From Negaprion brevirostris (lineage: Eukaryota), in assembly GCA_030324005.1 (NCBI GenBank), contig JARDVH010000097.1, positions 35,673,945-35,737,944 on the forward strand: a DNA stretch of 64,000 nucleotides, read 5' to 3'. Both the position numbers and the translations under genes were made by a program. The stretch's first letter is position 1. The number at the start of each line of letters is the position of its first letter. The notes beneath the pieces are model-generated. The model ran no database searches. It saw only the letters and a list, made by a program, of their open reading frames with translations, and was not told the origin of the DNA. Below are positions 24,057 through 36,137 of this stretch, in pieces.

Positions 24057-24834
24057 GCCCCTAACGTACTCAACTACTTAATACGGTGAAATGCTACATG
24101 AAGGAATGGCTGCAATCCAGCTGCTAACAATGAGACAGCTAACAAGTTTCAATAAAATACAACTTTAATTTTAATTATATCCTGAAGCTAAAGAAATCAG
24201 GTGAATTTCTAACTGGCCCTGTTGTTAAAATAATGTTGCAGTTAATAATTCTGCTATCTCCCCACCTCCAATTACCCAGTTTTATTCTTTGACTGTAAAC
24301 GTCAACCGCATAATTTCTGTATTAGAGGAGAGTTAATACACTTAGTTAAAAACTCTGAATGGCTCTGACGAATCTTATTGGATAAACTTTCACCTGTACT
24401 GCTCCTGACACACCTCTGGCTTTTTAATAGGTTGAACTGAAAATTATGCAGGGAATTCATACTCACATTACTGATGATAAATACTGACATAATATTTCCA
24501 AGTTAGTTGCCAAGATGCTAAAGCCACACCACCACTTTTTTCCAAACTTGAAGTTACCTAGAATTTCCATTGGAGTTTTTCCCAAATAACATATCCGTGA
24601 CTTCAGCCCCAAAGAAAGAATATCACCAACTAAAAATGGCTGTTTCTCCTTCATTTCTAACAATCTACTGTACTAGACCATTCTCTCTCAGGGATATTGA
24701 TTTGTGAAAACATTATTGCCTCAGAGACAGAAGATTATCAGTTCAAGACTAACTCCAGAGACCTAAGCTTATAATCCTACTTGACACTTAAATGAAAAAG
24801 TTCTTCTTGGCAATAATTGTCCCTCGAACAACAT

Positions 24835-25135
24835 GAAAGTTTTGAAAGTTTATTTACTAGTTTCACAAGTAGGGTCACATTAATGTTACAATGAAGTTAC
24901 TAGTTACCACACTCCAGTGCCTGTTCAGGCACACTGAGGGAGAATTTAGCATGGCCAAATGCACCTAACCAGCATGTTTTTCGGTTATGTGGGAAGAAAC
25001 CAGACCACCCTGAGGAAACTCATACAGACACAGGGAGAATGTGCAGAATCTGCACAGTGACCCAAGCCGTGAATCAAACCTGGGTCCCTGCGCTGTGAGG
25101 CAGCAGTGCTAACCACTGTGCAACCATGCCACCCT
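24835..25135 (-). mobile_element. V-SINE with HE1 head and core but an alternative 3' tail
   Basis: HE1 head at 25080-25135; tail tttatttactagtttcacaagtagg...gtgcctgttcaggcacactgaggg matches the reverse complement of 63420-63535. Confidence 0.8.
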
Positions 25136-25182
25136 ACTAAGGAAGTTTCAGTTTAACATTAAGTTTATCATATGGAAGGTTC

Positions 25183-25318
25183 CACACACCTGACAAAGGA
25201 ACATCATTTCTGAAAGCTTGTGCGATTACTATCAAATAAACTGGTTGGACTCCAACCTGGTGTTGTGAGACTTCTTACTGTGTTTACTCCAGTCCAACGC
25301 CAGCATCTCTACATCATG
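25183..25318 (+). mobile_element. Penelope pseudo-LTR end with tail
   Basis: cacctgacaaagg...gaaagcttgtg...caacctggtgttgtgagacttcttactgtgtttactccagtccaacgccagcatctctacatca. Confidence 0.85.
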
Positions 25319-26734
25319 GATGTTAGTTCTGCAGAGAAATACTTCTGCAGTTGATGCCTGCTTGCAACAATCCTGGCAAAACCGTCTTGCTACTCCTTCT
25401 GCTTTCCTCTATTAGTGAGTAGATGTCTCTTTTCTTGGTGTACAAACCCTCCACTTCTTAAACAATGAATGGCAAATTATTTTATAAATAATTGGCCAAC
25501 TTCCCAAACACAACTGCTGAAAAATCAGCAGAGAGTAGCTGTCCTGCATGATAAAATCAGGCAGTTTAGATACCTCTTCTGAGCATGAGATAAGTGTGGC
25601 GAATGGAATGGTAAGCGGTTTGGAAGTGAGGATGGGTAGATGAGTGCTACAATGATTTGTGAGAAGGAACACACATGTGAGCTACACAAATGTAAATAAT
25701 ACACATATGTGAGAAGCCTCTTCTCTCAGGCATCACAAGCTGGTCAGATTTGGTCTGTCAAGTATATCATAGCCATTTCCCTGCTTGAACCAACTCCAAA
25801 AACATCATTGTGAACCAATCTGCATACTTAAAGGAGGATCTCACTGGCTTCAAGCAGTTAGCAGAATCAGGACAGAAAGTCTAAGGATAAGTTTATCATG
25901 CCATTTGATAATAGCCTCAGAAATATAAAGCAACATATCCCCAGACATTTCATGATCAAAATCATGGAAAATTTGCTAATACTCAAACAAATTATTTCAG
26001 TAAGCTACCCTTATGATTCAGATGATAATTTAAAAAGTGAATGCCTACTTTTTACTTTCATTCTGAATCCCTCAATTATATGCTGTCTTATAATCACTGA
26101 CAGCTATTTACTGTTGTATCTATATCATTATTTTCTACACAAATCATGTAATCCTTTCCTGTAACTTTGTAACAATTCCCACATAGCCATTTTTCTATAA
26201 ATCATCTATACCCTTCAATTAAATTACTGTCTTATAATTAACGTTAGGCTGCTGTTACGCTACATTTTCATTGTGTTTATTAAAATGTCATAAAATGGAA
26301 TGACTGGACTTCATAATTGCATGCAATAAATGATTAAAATTTAAATTATATTAAACATATTAACATTTTAAATATTGCATTTATGTGAATTTTAGAAGGA
26401 ACCTTTAAGTAAATTAGTAAAACGTTTAGACATAATGACAAACTCCCAGACAAGCTGTACATTTAATGAACAACTTTACCACAGCAATTGCTCTAAAGCT
26501 TCAAGTTACTAATCAGATCTTTTGGGATGTGGTTATTAAAGGCAATCAGAACCCTCAATGTTAAGCGTTGCCTCAGGCAACTGCTTAGATTAGAGTTCAA
26601 TAACATTTTCATAAAGTTAATTTATCAAAAGCTGTTCTTGGTCAACAAATTTTTGTTCCTGAAACCAATTCCTACAAACAGGCATCAAATCATATCTTAG
26701 CTGCCAATTTTAGTGAAGTTGGTTAGGGATAACT

Positions 26735-26890
26735 ATTGACCAGGACGCAAGGGTGAATCCTCCTGCTCATCTTCAAAATAACCTCCTTGGATTGTTTATA
26801 TCACCTGAGACGGAAAAAGGACATTGGTTTACTGGGTTGTTTCCAGCAATCCAGCACTCCCTCCCAAGTGGGGCTTCTGACTCAAATAAA
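26735..26890 (-). mobile_element. Deu-domain SINE fragment
   Basis: ccaggacg...cctgctcatcttcaaaata...cacctgaga...cagcactccctc is the reverse of the Deu core. Confidence 0.55.
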
Positions 26891-27459
26891 GGTCCTCTAC
26901 CATTGTGTCATAACTGACAGCCCTGATTAAATGTAACACACTGTGCTGAGCCTCTGAATATCCACAAACAATTCACACCCTCATACTTCATGATTGACAT
27001 TCTGAAAGATGCTTCCCAGTTTTAGGGAGTGACCTATCATTGATCTCTAATGATGTCACATGTCACACTCAAACACATGTCCCCCAGGCAATAACACCAC
27101 AACTCTTTGAGGCCACTGGGCAGTTGGGCACTTAAAGGAAGTGTAAAGGAAGAGCCTTTTGTCATCACATTGGCAGAGGATGTGTGTTATTGCTCACATA
27201 GAATAAGTGGATGAGCTAATCTAATAATAGATCTATTATTAAAAAAACAACACATGGCCAAGTGGCCACTGCTCAGGATATTCAGGAATTTCTCTGATCT
27301 GCGTGCCCCTTATGTTGAAAGTAAAGTAATGAAGAAGTATACTCATATGATTATAAATTCCACATGATTCTTCCAGAGAATGTTGTACCAAATTGGCAAT
27401 CCAAATCCTATTTGCTTTTGAAATTTCATTAAGCCAATGAGCATGGATCCCAATGTCAC

Positions 27460-27632
27460 CTGTGTCCATCCTCATTTTTCCAATTCTTGTTTAAATAGTT
27501 TATGGTCACATATGTATTAATAGCTCCTTCTTTGCCTCAGTGCCAGCTCTTTTTTGTCTGATTACACTGTGCTGAAATTTCTTTGAATTATTCCCTATGT
27601 TAAAGATGTTACATAAATGCAGGTTGTTGTTA
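27460..27632 (+). mobile_element. L2 LINE 3' end fragment
   Basis: ctatgttaaagatgttacataaatgcaggttgttgtt tail, as at 35620 and 52530 (reverse). Confidence 0.55.
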
Positions 27633-27789
27633 ATCATCACTAAACGATGATGACCTGAACTCTCAACTTGTGCTATATCACGTTGTTTATCTAACAATAG
27701 CCTTGTAGTGGAAACAGAGCAGCCTGCCACTAAATTATTCAACCTTATCGGGGAGGAACCTGGCAGTCATTTAGCAGTTCTCTTGCAGC

Positions 27790-28087
27790 AGCAGCATGAT
27801 GGCACAGTGGTTAACACTGCTGCCTCACAGAGCCAGGGACTCAGGTTCAATTCTGGTCATTCCCCCTCTGTCTGCATGGGTTTCCTTCGGGTGCCCTGGT
27901 TTCCCCCCCCACAGTCCAAATGTATGCGGGTTATGTTGATTGGCCATGCTAAATTGCCACTTAGAGTCAGGGCAATTAGTAGGGTTATGGGGATAAAGCC
28001 TGGGTGGGATTATTGTCAGTGCAGAGTCAATAGGCTGAATGGCCTCTTTCTGCACAGTAGGGATTCTATGAATCTTTGATTCTATGA
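27790..28087 (+). mobile_element. HE1 V-SINE
   Basis: ggcacagtggttaacactgctgcctcacag...ggttcaattct...; CR1-type tail ggattctatgaatctttgattctatga. Confidence 0.9.
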
Positions 28088-28593
28088 CTTATTTCAATCA
28101 TGGAGATATATCTCCAAGCAGCTCCTCAATCTTTCATCACCAGATGCTGCTTGAACATGAGCATGTGGGCCACAGAAAGAAAGGGTCCCTTGGGTAGCTA
28201 TAACTTACTTGCATGAGGAAAGAGAAAGGAGTTTAACACAGAACATGGAATGGGCAACTATATTGGGATTATTGGAAAAGACTTTATGAAGATCTGAGGG
28301 AAAAAGTAGCAATGGAACCAGGTAAAGGCACTTCCCCAGAGGTAAATTATAGAGACAAGATAATGGAGGAGGAAGAAGTGGTTAGCCTTACTGAGTATTA
28401 TGGAGAAAATAAGTCGGCATCATCAATTGCAATGATAGAACGCCCACTATTGACTTAATCTAGGGTGATCTCAGTCATGTGAACATGGCAGAAGCTGGAC
28501 CGGAGAGTCAAACCAGGAACTTTGAGAGAAATGAGCTCAGAGTCTAGTGGTGAAAATAAATTCCAAGGTTTGTGGGAAGTGTGGGCTGGGATT

Positions 28594-28673
28594 CATAGAA
28601 CATAGAACACTAAAGCACAACAGGCCCTTCGGCCCACTAGTTGCACCGATCACTTGTATACCTACTAAGCCAT
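28594..28673 (-). mobile_element. CR1 3' tail running into a gap
   Basis: catagaacatagaacactaaagcacaacaggcccttcggccc. Confidence 0.75.
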
Positions 28674-29532
28674 NNNNNNNNNNNNNNNNNNNNNNNNNNN
28701 NNNNNNNNNNNNNNNNNNNNNNNNNNNNNNNNNNNNNNNNNNNNNNNNNNNNNNNNNNNNNNNNNNNNNNNNNNNNNNNNNNNNNNNNNNNNNNNNNNNN
28801 NNNNNNNNNNNNNNNNNNNNNNNNNNNNNNNNNNNNNNNNNNNNNNNNNNNNNNNNNNNNNNNNNNNNNNNNNNNNNNNNNNNNNNNNNNNNNNNNNNNN
28901 NNNNNNNNNNNNNNNNNNNNNNNNNNNNNNNNNNNNNNNNNNNNNNNNNNNNNNNNNNNNNNNNNNNNNNNNNNNNNNNNNNNNNNNNNNNNNNNNNNNN
29001 NNNNNNNNNNNNNNNNNNNNNNNNNNNNNNNNNNNNNNNNNNNNNNNNNNNNNNNNNNNNNNNNNNNNNNNNNNNNNNNNNNNNNNNNNNNNNNNNNNNN
29101 NNNNNNNNNNNNNNNNNNNNNNNNNNNNNNNNNNNNNNNNNNNNNNNNNNNNNNNNNNNNNNNNNNNNNNNNNNNNNNNNNNNNNNNNNNNNNNNNNNNN
29201 NNNNNNNNNNNNNNNNNNNNNNNNNNNNNNNNNNNNNNNNNNNNNNNNNNNNNNNNNNNNNNNNNNNNNNNNNNNNNNNNNNNNNNNNNNNNNNNNNNNN
29301 NNNNNNNNNNNNNNNNNNNNNNNNNNNNNNNNNNNNNNNNNNNNNNNNNNNNNNNNNNNNNNNNNNNNNNNNNNNNNNNNNNNNNNNNNNNNNNNNNNNN
29401 NNNNNNNNNNNNNNNNNNNNNNNNNNNNNNNNNNNNNNNNNNNNNNNNNNNNNNNNNNNNNNNNNNNNNNNNNNNNNNNNNNNNNNNNNNNNNNNNNNNN
29501 NNNNNNNNNNNNNNNNNNNNNNNNNNNNNNNN
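28674..29532. other. Assembly gap (example; other large gaps at about 45620-46592 and 53796-54367, plus many of 10-160 bp)
   Basis: Runs of N, often bordered by repeat ends. Confidence 1.
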
Positions 29533-29606
29533 CCCCTCGAAAGCTTGTGGGTTTATTATCAAATAAATCGGTTGGACTAAAACCTGGTGTTGTCAGACTT
29601 TTTACT
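29533..29606 (+). mobile_element. Penelope pseudo-LTR end without tail, emerging from a gap
   Basis: cgaaagcttgtgg...aaataaatcggttggactaaaacctggtgttgtcagactttttactg. Confidence 0.75.
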
Positions 29607-30245
29607 GCTCAAGCAGCACAGTGGGGCTGGGAGAATCGCCTCCTTGGTTACATACCGCATAACAGTTGGAGAGGGTAAAGGGTTTTTTGGTGGAAAGGAA
29701 TGATAGTGAAGTGAAGAGGGTTTTGCAGGAGCAAGAGATGTGTGCTTCAGATATTTACTTTTCCATTATCACTAATTTAACCAAACCTGCTGTACAAATT
29801 TCTCACAGGCCTTTCACTTCTGATTAGGTTTTAAAATATTAAACAAGTTGGACTAGTGCCAGTCGTTGGCCTGGCCAGTTCCTGTAGCTTCTATTTAGTC
29901 CTTGTTACCTGCTCTTGTTCTTTTATGATGAACAACTGTAATTTTAAAAAAAAACTTCTTTCTCTACCTTGAATAGGCTAAAGATGATTGAGAACCACCA
30001 AAATCAATACTGAAATGTTATAGGACATTCTCCACACTGAAATGTATTTTTTGACCAATTCTTTACTTAATACTCAAGTTACTTGATCCTATTACAAATG
30101 TCATTGCACATGGGGTTAATTAGTATTGAGTGCTTACAGACCTGACTAACAGGCAAATGTGAAAATAACTAACACCGTAAGAAAATGAAACAGCATGGAA
30201 TAAGAAGAGATTATATTGCCATTTAGGATTTCCTTCCTCAGGCAA

Positions 30246-31489
30246 GTAAGAAGCCTGACAACATCAGGTTGAAGTCCAACAGGTTATTCCATAGCATGGG
30301 CTTTCGGAGCGCTACTCCTCCATCGGGTGAGTAAAGAGTTGCATTCACAAATCGGGCACAGACTCAATTTACAAGATAATGGTTGGAATGTAAGTCTTTA
30401 CAGACAATACGAGTGGTTAAAGAGGTGTGAATTGTCTCAAGCCTGGACAGTTAGTGAAATTTTGCAACCCAGGCAAGTCATGGGGGTTATAGATAGGTTG
30501 ACATGAACCCAAGATCCTGGTTGAGTCCATCCTCATGTGCGGAACGTGACTATCAGCTTTTGCTCAGTGATTCTGCATTATCATGTCTCGTGAAGACCGC
30601 CTTGGAGAACGCTTCCCAAAGANNNNNNNNNNGAAGTGTTCCCTGACTCCTGCCTGGTAATTGTCGTGATATGAGTATGCCGGCGTTGGACTGGGGTAAA
30701 CACAGTAAAAAGTCTGTCGAGCAGTGTCCATTCATCCATTGTCGTAATATCTGCATGGTCTTGCCAGTGTACCATGCCTTGGGACATCCTTCCCTGCAGC
30801 GTATCAGGCAGACAACATTGGCCAAGTCGCGAGAGTATGTACCATGTACCTGGTGGATGGTCAAGCAGTGTCCATTCATCCATTGTCGTAATATCTGCAT
30901 GGTCTCGCCGGTGTACCATGCCTTGGGACATCCTTCCCTGCAGCGTATCAGGCAGACAACATTGGCCGAGTTGTGAGAGTATGTACCATGTACCTGGTGA
31001 ATGGTGTTCTCACATAAATCGCTGACCAAAAACTGAATGCCAAGTTTGCACACATGAGGACGTCCTCAACTGGGATCTTGGGTTCATGTCACACTATCTA
31101 TAACCTCTATGACTTGCCTGGGCTTGCAAAATCTTGCTAACAGTCCTGGCTTGAGAAAATTCACAACTCCAGCATCCGCAGTAATTTGCTTTCATCACAG
31201 CTCTTTAAGCTGTGCTTATCCCTCTCTCCACTTGCATTCTCCTGTNNNNNNNNNNTGTACCTGTACAGGCCCGATTACCTATTAAGATTCGCATTCCAAC
31301 CATTATCTTGTAAGTTGAGTCTATGCCTATATATGCCCTGTTTGTGAACTCAACTCTTCACTCATCTGATGAAGGAGCAGCATTCCAAAAGCTCGTGCTA
31401 TGAAATAAACCTCTTGGACTTTAACTTGGTGTTGTGAGACTTCTTACTTTGCCTACCCCAATCCAACGATGGCATCTCCACATCATGGT
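30246..31489. mobile_element. Penelope-like inverted element with duplicated GIY-YIG endonuclease fragment
   Basis: Minus ORF NVVCLIRCREGCPKAWYTGETMQILRQWMNGH (x2; decayed GIY-YIG); left and right arms are inverted 3' ends; TSD-like ttcctcaggcaa (30234-30245) / ttcctcaagcta (31490-31501). Confidence 0.9.
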
Positions 31490-32479
31490 TTCCTCAAGCT
31501 ATGTGTAGTTCCCTCCACTTTGAACTCTACTCAGCCCATCTATTTGTTCAAGAAAGAAATAGAGAAAAGGTTTCCTTTGTCTACTAAATTAAACAACATT
31601 TCTCCCTACCTCTGTAACCTCTTCCGTTCTGACTAGATGTCTGTACTTCTTTCAATTCTTAGTTTTTTACTTGTGAAAAATCCTGAAAAATGATGCCTCA
31701 TTAAGCAGGTGTATTTGGTGTTTTAATAGCATATTAAGACATATCAATTGCTGGAGAACTGCCCTGGACCTGGAACACCAATTTCATATCTGTCTTTTTT
31801 TTTACTATTTTCATAAAATGGCCACTTTTTAAAACATGCTTCTTATGAATACATTGTGTTGTTGGATGCCTGGTGATCCCCTGGATCCGGTGTCAGATTC
31901 AAACCAATATTGGGAAAGGTGAAATCCATTCTACAGAGTTTACTAGATCTTTGTTGATAGCTTTATATGAGATCAGCAGCTAGTACCATTGCATCCCTGC
32001 TTCCCACTAAATTCAGGACTTATTAAAAACACCATATAAAAGACATGTTTTGTTAGTGTTTTGCGTATTATTGAACTTATTCTTGATTTCTTGTCTTGTG
32101 TGTGAAACAGGTGGCAGTTCAAACTGCAATTTACATGCTATTAAGCTAACAACTTAAACTTCTCATAACATTTTATTGAGCTACGTTGTATAATCCTCAA
32201 GAACTGAATGTTGTCAATAGAAATCCTTTCAATGTGTATCTACTTGATGTGGTTTGGTCCACTATCCATGACCTCAACTAATTTACCCTGAAACCCAATC
32301 TGCTGCCTAAGTGCATAATTGATTTCCTTCCCTTTGAATCTTACTCATATTCAGCATCTAAAAGCATAACTTCAAACCATCAGCAAAAGTTTTAATATAA
32401 CAAAACATTCTTTCCTGTCGATGAAATGAACAACAGAAGCTGCAGTAAATATTCCTGTGGAACTCAGCCAGTCAGTGCC

Positions 32480-32680
32480 AAAGCCTGGTCCTGGTACCCT
32501 GGCCAACATTCCTTTCCCAGCCATCAGCAAAAAGCAGATTAACTGATTTCTAGTTTCATTTCCTGTTCCCATGAAGTTTACCTACGTAACAATGATTGCA
32601 TTTCAAAAAAAAATTGTGTAACAGAACTTTTGGATGCCTTACATATGTGATATGTTGTTATATCAATCCAAGTTGTTTGT
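32480..32680 (+). mobile_element. Deu-domain SINE 3' fragment
   Basis: ggtaccctggccaacattcct...gcagattaactg...tttacctacgtaacaatgattgcatttcaaaa. Confidence 0.5.
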
Positions 32681-32974
32681 TTCTGGAGACCTGCTTTTCC
32701 TCCAAGCACCTCATTTGTCAGTGATTACATTGTGTTATGAAATCTTTACAAAGTTCTTCAAAATGTTGAATTTTAAAAGATGCCTCTTGGAACCCAAATT
32801 GATTCTAACCTCAGAACGTTAAGTTTTTGACTTTTTTCCAAATAAATCAAGGTGAGGCGCAACTGATGTTTGTAAGTTTGTGCTATTAGTTACAGAATGT
32901 GCACCTTTTGGATGAATATTGATAGTATTCTAAACACCTTTTTTATTCAGTAAGTAAGTCAATGTTGGGGGGTA

Positions 32975-33182
32975 AGGGAGAAGGTAACTCTTTGCCTCTC
33001 CGCGGTGTGTTTCTTGCAGTGGGAGGCAGCAAACCATTTGCCGGTGGTTGGATTTTCTGGTCCTGTCGCTATCAATGGGATTTCCCACTGCACCCCACGC
33101 CACCGGGAAACCCACAAAGGGGATACGCCATTGGTAGGATCATGAAATCCTGCCAAGGTGAACAGGTGGAGAATTCCAGTCA
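32975..33182. mobile_element. PIF/Harbinger-type MITE
   Basis: GC-rich; ggattttctggtcc...aatgggatttccca...gaaatcctgcc; terminal ggagaattccagtc like the other MITE ends in the window. Confidence 0.6.
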
Positions 33183-33244
33183 ATATAACACACAAGTATA
33201 TGTAAAATTTATTTTGTTTGTTTATTTAATCATGTGTTATGAGC

Positions 33245-34165
33245 ATTGCTAGTTAGAACATTATTTATTGCCCATACCTAATTGTCCTGGAGGAAGGTGA
33301 TAACCTTCTTGAACCCCAGCAATCCATGTGTTGTAGGTACATCCACAGTGCTGTTGGGTAGAGAGTTTCATGATTTTGACCCAACAATAGTGAAGGAATG
33401 GCAAAATATTTCCAAGTCATGATGATGTGTGATTTGGAGGGGAGCTCCAGTTGGTAGTGTTCCCATGCATCTGTTGCCCTTGTCCTTCTAGGTGGTAAGG
33501 TTTGTGGGTTTGGAAGGTGCAGTCATTAAAGTCTTGGTGAGTTGCTACAATTCATTGTCATTGCAGCAGTTGTGGAGGGATTGAATGTTTATGTTGGTGG
33601 AGGGGGTGTCAATCAAGTGGGCTGCTTTATCCTGGACTTTGGTGAGCATCTTGAATATTGCTGGAACCACAATCATTCAGGCAAGTGGAGAGTATTTTAT
33701 TACACTGCTGACTTGAGCCATGTAGATGATTGACTGGATTTGGGGGTCAAGAAGTGAGTTAATCACTGCAGAATTCCAAGCCTCTGACCTTTTATAGCCA
33801 CAGTATTTATATGGCTGGTCCAGTTCCATTTCTGGTCAACGGTAATCCCCAGGATGTTGATAATGCAGGATTTAGTGATGGTTATGCCATTAAATGTCAA
33901 GGGGAAATGGTTAGATTCTCTCTTAGAGGAGATGGTCAGTGTGTGACTTGCATTTTATTTGCCACTCAACAAATCCAAGCCTGACTATTGTTCGGGTCGT
34001 ATGTGGTCATGGACTGCTTCAGTATCTGGGAAGTCACAAATGGTACTGCAATCATCAGCAAACATCCCCATTTCTGAATTTATGATAGAAAGAAGGTAAT
34101 TGATGTGATAGCAGAAAATGATTGAACCACAGACAGCATGCTGGGGAACTCTTCCAATGATGCCT
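33245..34165 (-). mobile_element. Zenon-like LINE 3' about 900 bp
   Basis: Tail catt..ttattgcccatacctaattg; colinear with the reverse complement of 48350-49460. Confidence 0.8.
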
Positions 34166-34168
34166 TAG

Positions 34169-34816
34169 CCTGTTTGCACAGGACCTAGTTGTCCATTGGA
34201 AGCTTGTTTGGAACTCTGACTTACAGCAACTTGCAGTTCAACAAGTTAAAGAAACCAAATGGGGAAGAGAAAGTCCAACAAATGCCATGTTTCATTCATT
34301 CACCCTTGTATCAATTGAGTTTTGTGATAGTTCCTGTCTATGCAAGTTGTAGAATTAAAATAACCAGATCCAGAAATTATTCACAATGTACAATTGTATG
34401 ATTAATGTGTAGAATTCTCCCCATCTTAATCCAATCCCTTTTATTTTTATTTATTTTATGTAACTGATTTGACATTCAATTAATTATTCTAACTTCCTGG
34501 TCCAGGTTCTCTGCTGCTCACTAATGATTCTTCAATCTAATTGATTAAGACAGTACAACATCACTTGCCCTGTTTGCGCAGGACCTAGTTGTCAATTGGA
34601 CACTCATTTGGAACTCTGGCTTACAGCAACTTGCAGTGCAACAAGTTGTGGAAGCCAAATGGGGAAGGGAATATCTAACAAATGCCATGTGGCATTCATT
34701 CACCCTCGTATCAGTTGAGTTTCACTATAGTTCCTGTCCATGTAAGTTGGAGGACTAAAATAGCTAGATCCAGAATTTATCCACAATGTCTATTTGTATG
34801 ATCAATATGTAGCATT
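34169..34816. repeat. Direct repeat: two 248-bp ungapped copies, period 400 bp
   Basis: 34169-34416 vs 34569-34816 (cctgtttgc.caggacctagttgtc...gtatgat.aat.tgtag.att), roughly 80% identical by eye. Confidence 0.9.
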
Positions 34817-34869
34817 TTATAACTGATAACAATGTCAATCCTCTATCATATATGTTTCCTAACGTATCA

Positions 34870-35090
34870 GGGGTTGTTTTAGCTCAGTTGGCTGTACAGC
34901 TGGACAGTGAAGCGAATAATGCCAACGTGACTTCAATTCCCATACTGACTGAGATTACTCATGAAGACCCCATCTTCTCAACCTTGCCCCTTGCCTGAGG
35001 TGCAGTGACTCTCAGGTTAAATCAGCATCAGTCAGTGTCCCCCCTTTAACCTCTGGTCATCAGGGACTCTGGCAACTTTACCTTATTTCC
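34870..35090 (+). mobile_element. tRNA-headed SINE (family not named)
   Basis: A-box-like tagctcagttgg, B-box-like ttcaattccc, body ttctcaaccttgccccttgcctgaggtg...ctcaggttaaa, tail gcaactttaccttatt. Confidence 0.6.
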
Positions 35091-35614
35091 TAAAGGAGTA
35101 TCAAACACTTTATAATCAAGACATTGCATCTGCAGGAAATATTTTCATGATCACCCATGTTATTTTTAAAGAAATTTCTTCAATATTTTGAGTTGATTGT
35201 TATATACGTTTCATGATGACTGAGTCATTAATATTGTCAAATAAACCAAAAGTTAAGCCAACTCCTTTCACCAAAAAATAAATGTAAGCGCAGTGGAACT
35301 CCTTTATGGATAACTATTTGATGGATTATTTTGGGATAGGTAAATTCAGCTTACTTTATTTTTTTTTCAATCTGCTCCCCTTCTCTGCCTATTCATGTTA
35401 TCAGTCATTTTCTGGATGAGTGAACAGATACTATAAATAGTTAAGACAAATTCTGTGCCATAACTGATAACCAGGAAGTGATTAAGATGATTAAGCTAAC
35501 ATATTGATCTGCTCCATTTCTAGTGGCCAAGGACTCAAACCCCATATTCAACATCCGATACTATTTTTCAATGGATTGACCGAGACTGGAAAATCTATAA
35601 GTGGGGATGATTTC

Positions 35615-35970
35615 TCATGTTTATTTAGCACTTTTAAAATAATAAAACATCCCTTAAAACATTTCACAGGAGAGTTATAAAGTAAAATCAGATATTAAGC
35701 CACATAAGGCTATATCCGGGCAGGTGGCAAAAGATTGGTCGAAGAGATAGGTTTTCAGGAGTATTTTAGAGGAAGAAACAGAGTAAGAGATGGTTTAGGA
35801 AGGGAATTCCAGAACTTGGGGCCTCGCAGCTCAATGCAAGGTCACCAATGGTGGAATAATTAGTATCAGGGATGCTGAAGAAGGCTGAATTAGATGAATG
35901 CAGGTGTCTTTGTGGGATGTGGGGCTAAAAGAGATTATAGGTAGAGAAGCATAGATTTAAAACAAGCATG
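35615..35970 (-). mobile_element. L2 LINE 3' end
   Basis: tttatttagcactttta...ggaagggaattccagaacttggggcct (PKFWNSLP on the minus strand). Confidence 0.7.
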
Positions 35971-36137
35971 ACACAGGTTTAGAAGCAGGCAGTGTATTTA
36001 ATCAGGTGGGAGGCTGCCAGATTGGAATCTTGCCACTTTCAACACTCCCTCTCCTCCACCCAAACCTCTCTCCCCACCTCCCTCCCTAATAAGCCCTGGC
36101 TGGAAATACTCATGGATTCTTTTGGGATCCTTTGTTC

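Noticed and set aside
28537-29678. Long ORFs of 200-390 aa here and at 45448-46700 and 53549-54464
   Set aside because: Almost entirely N-gap; not coding evidence
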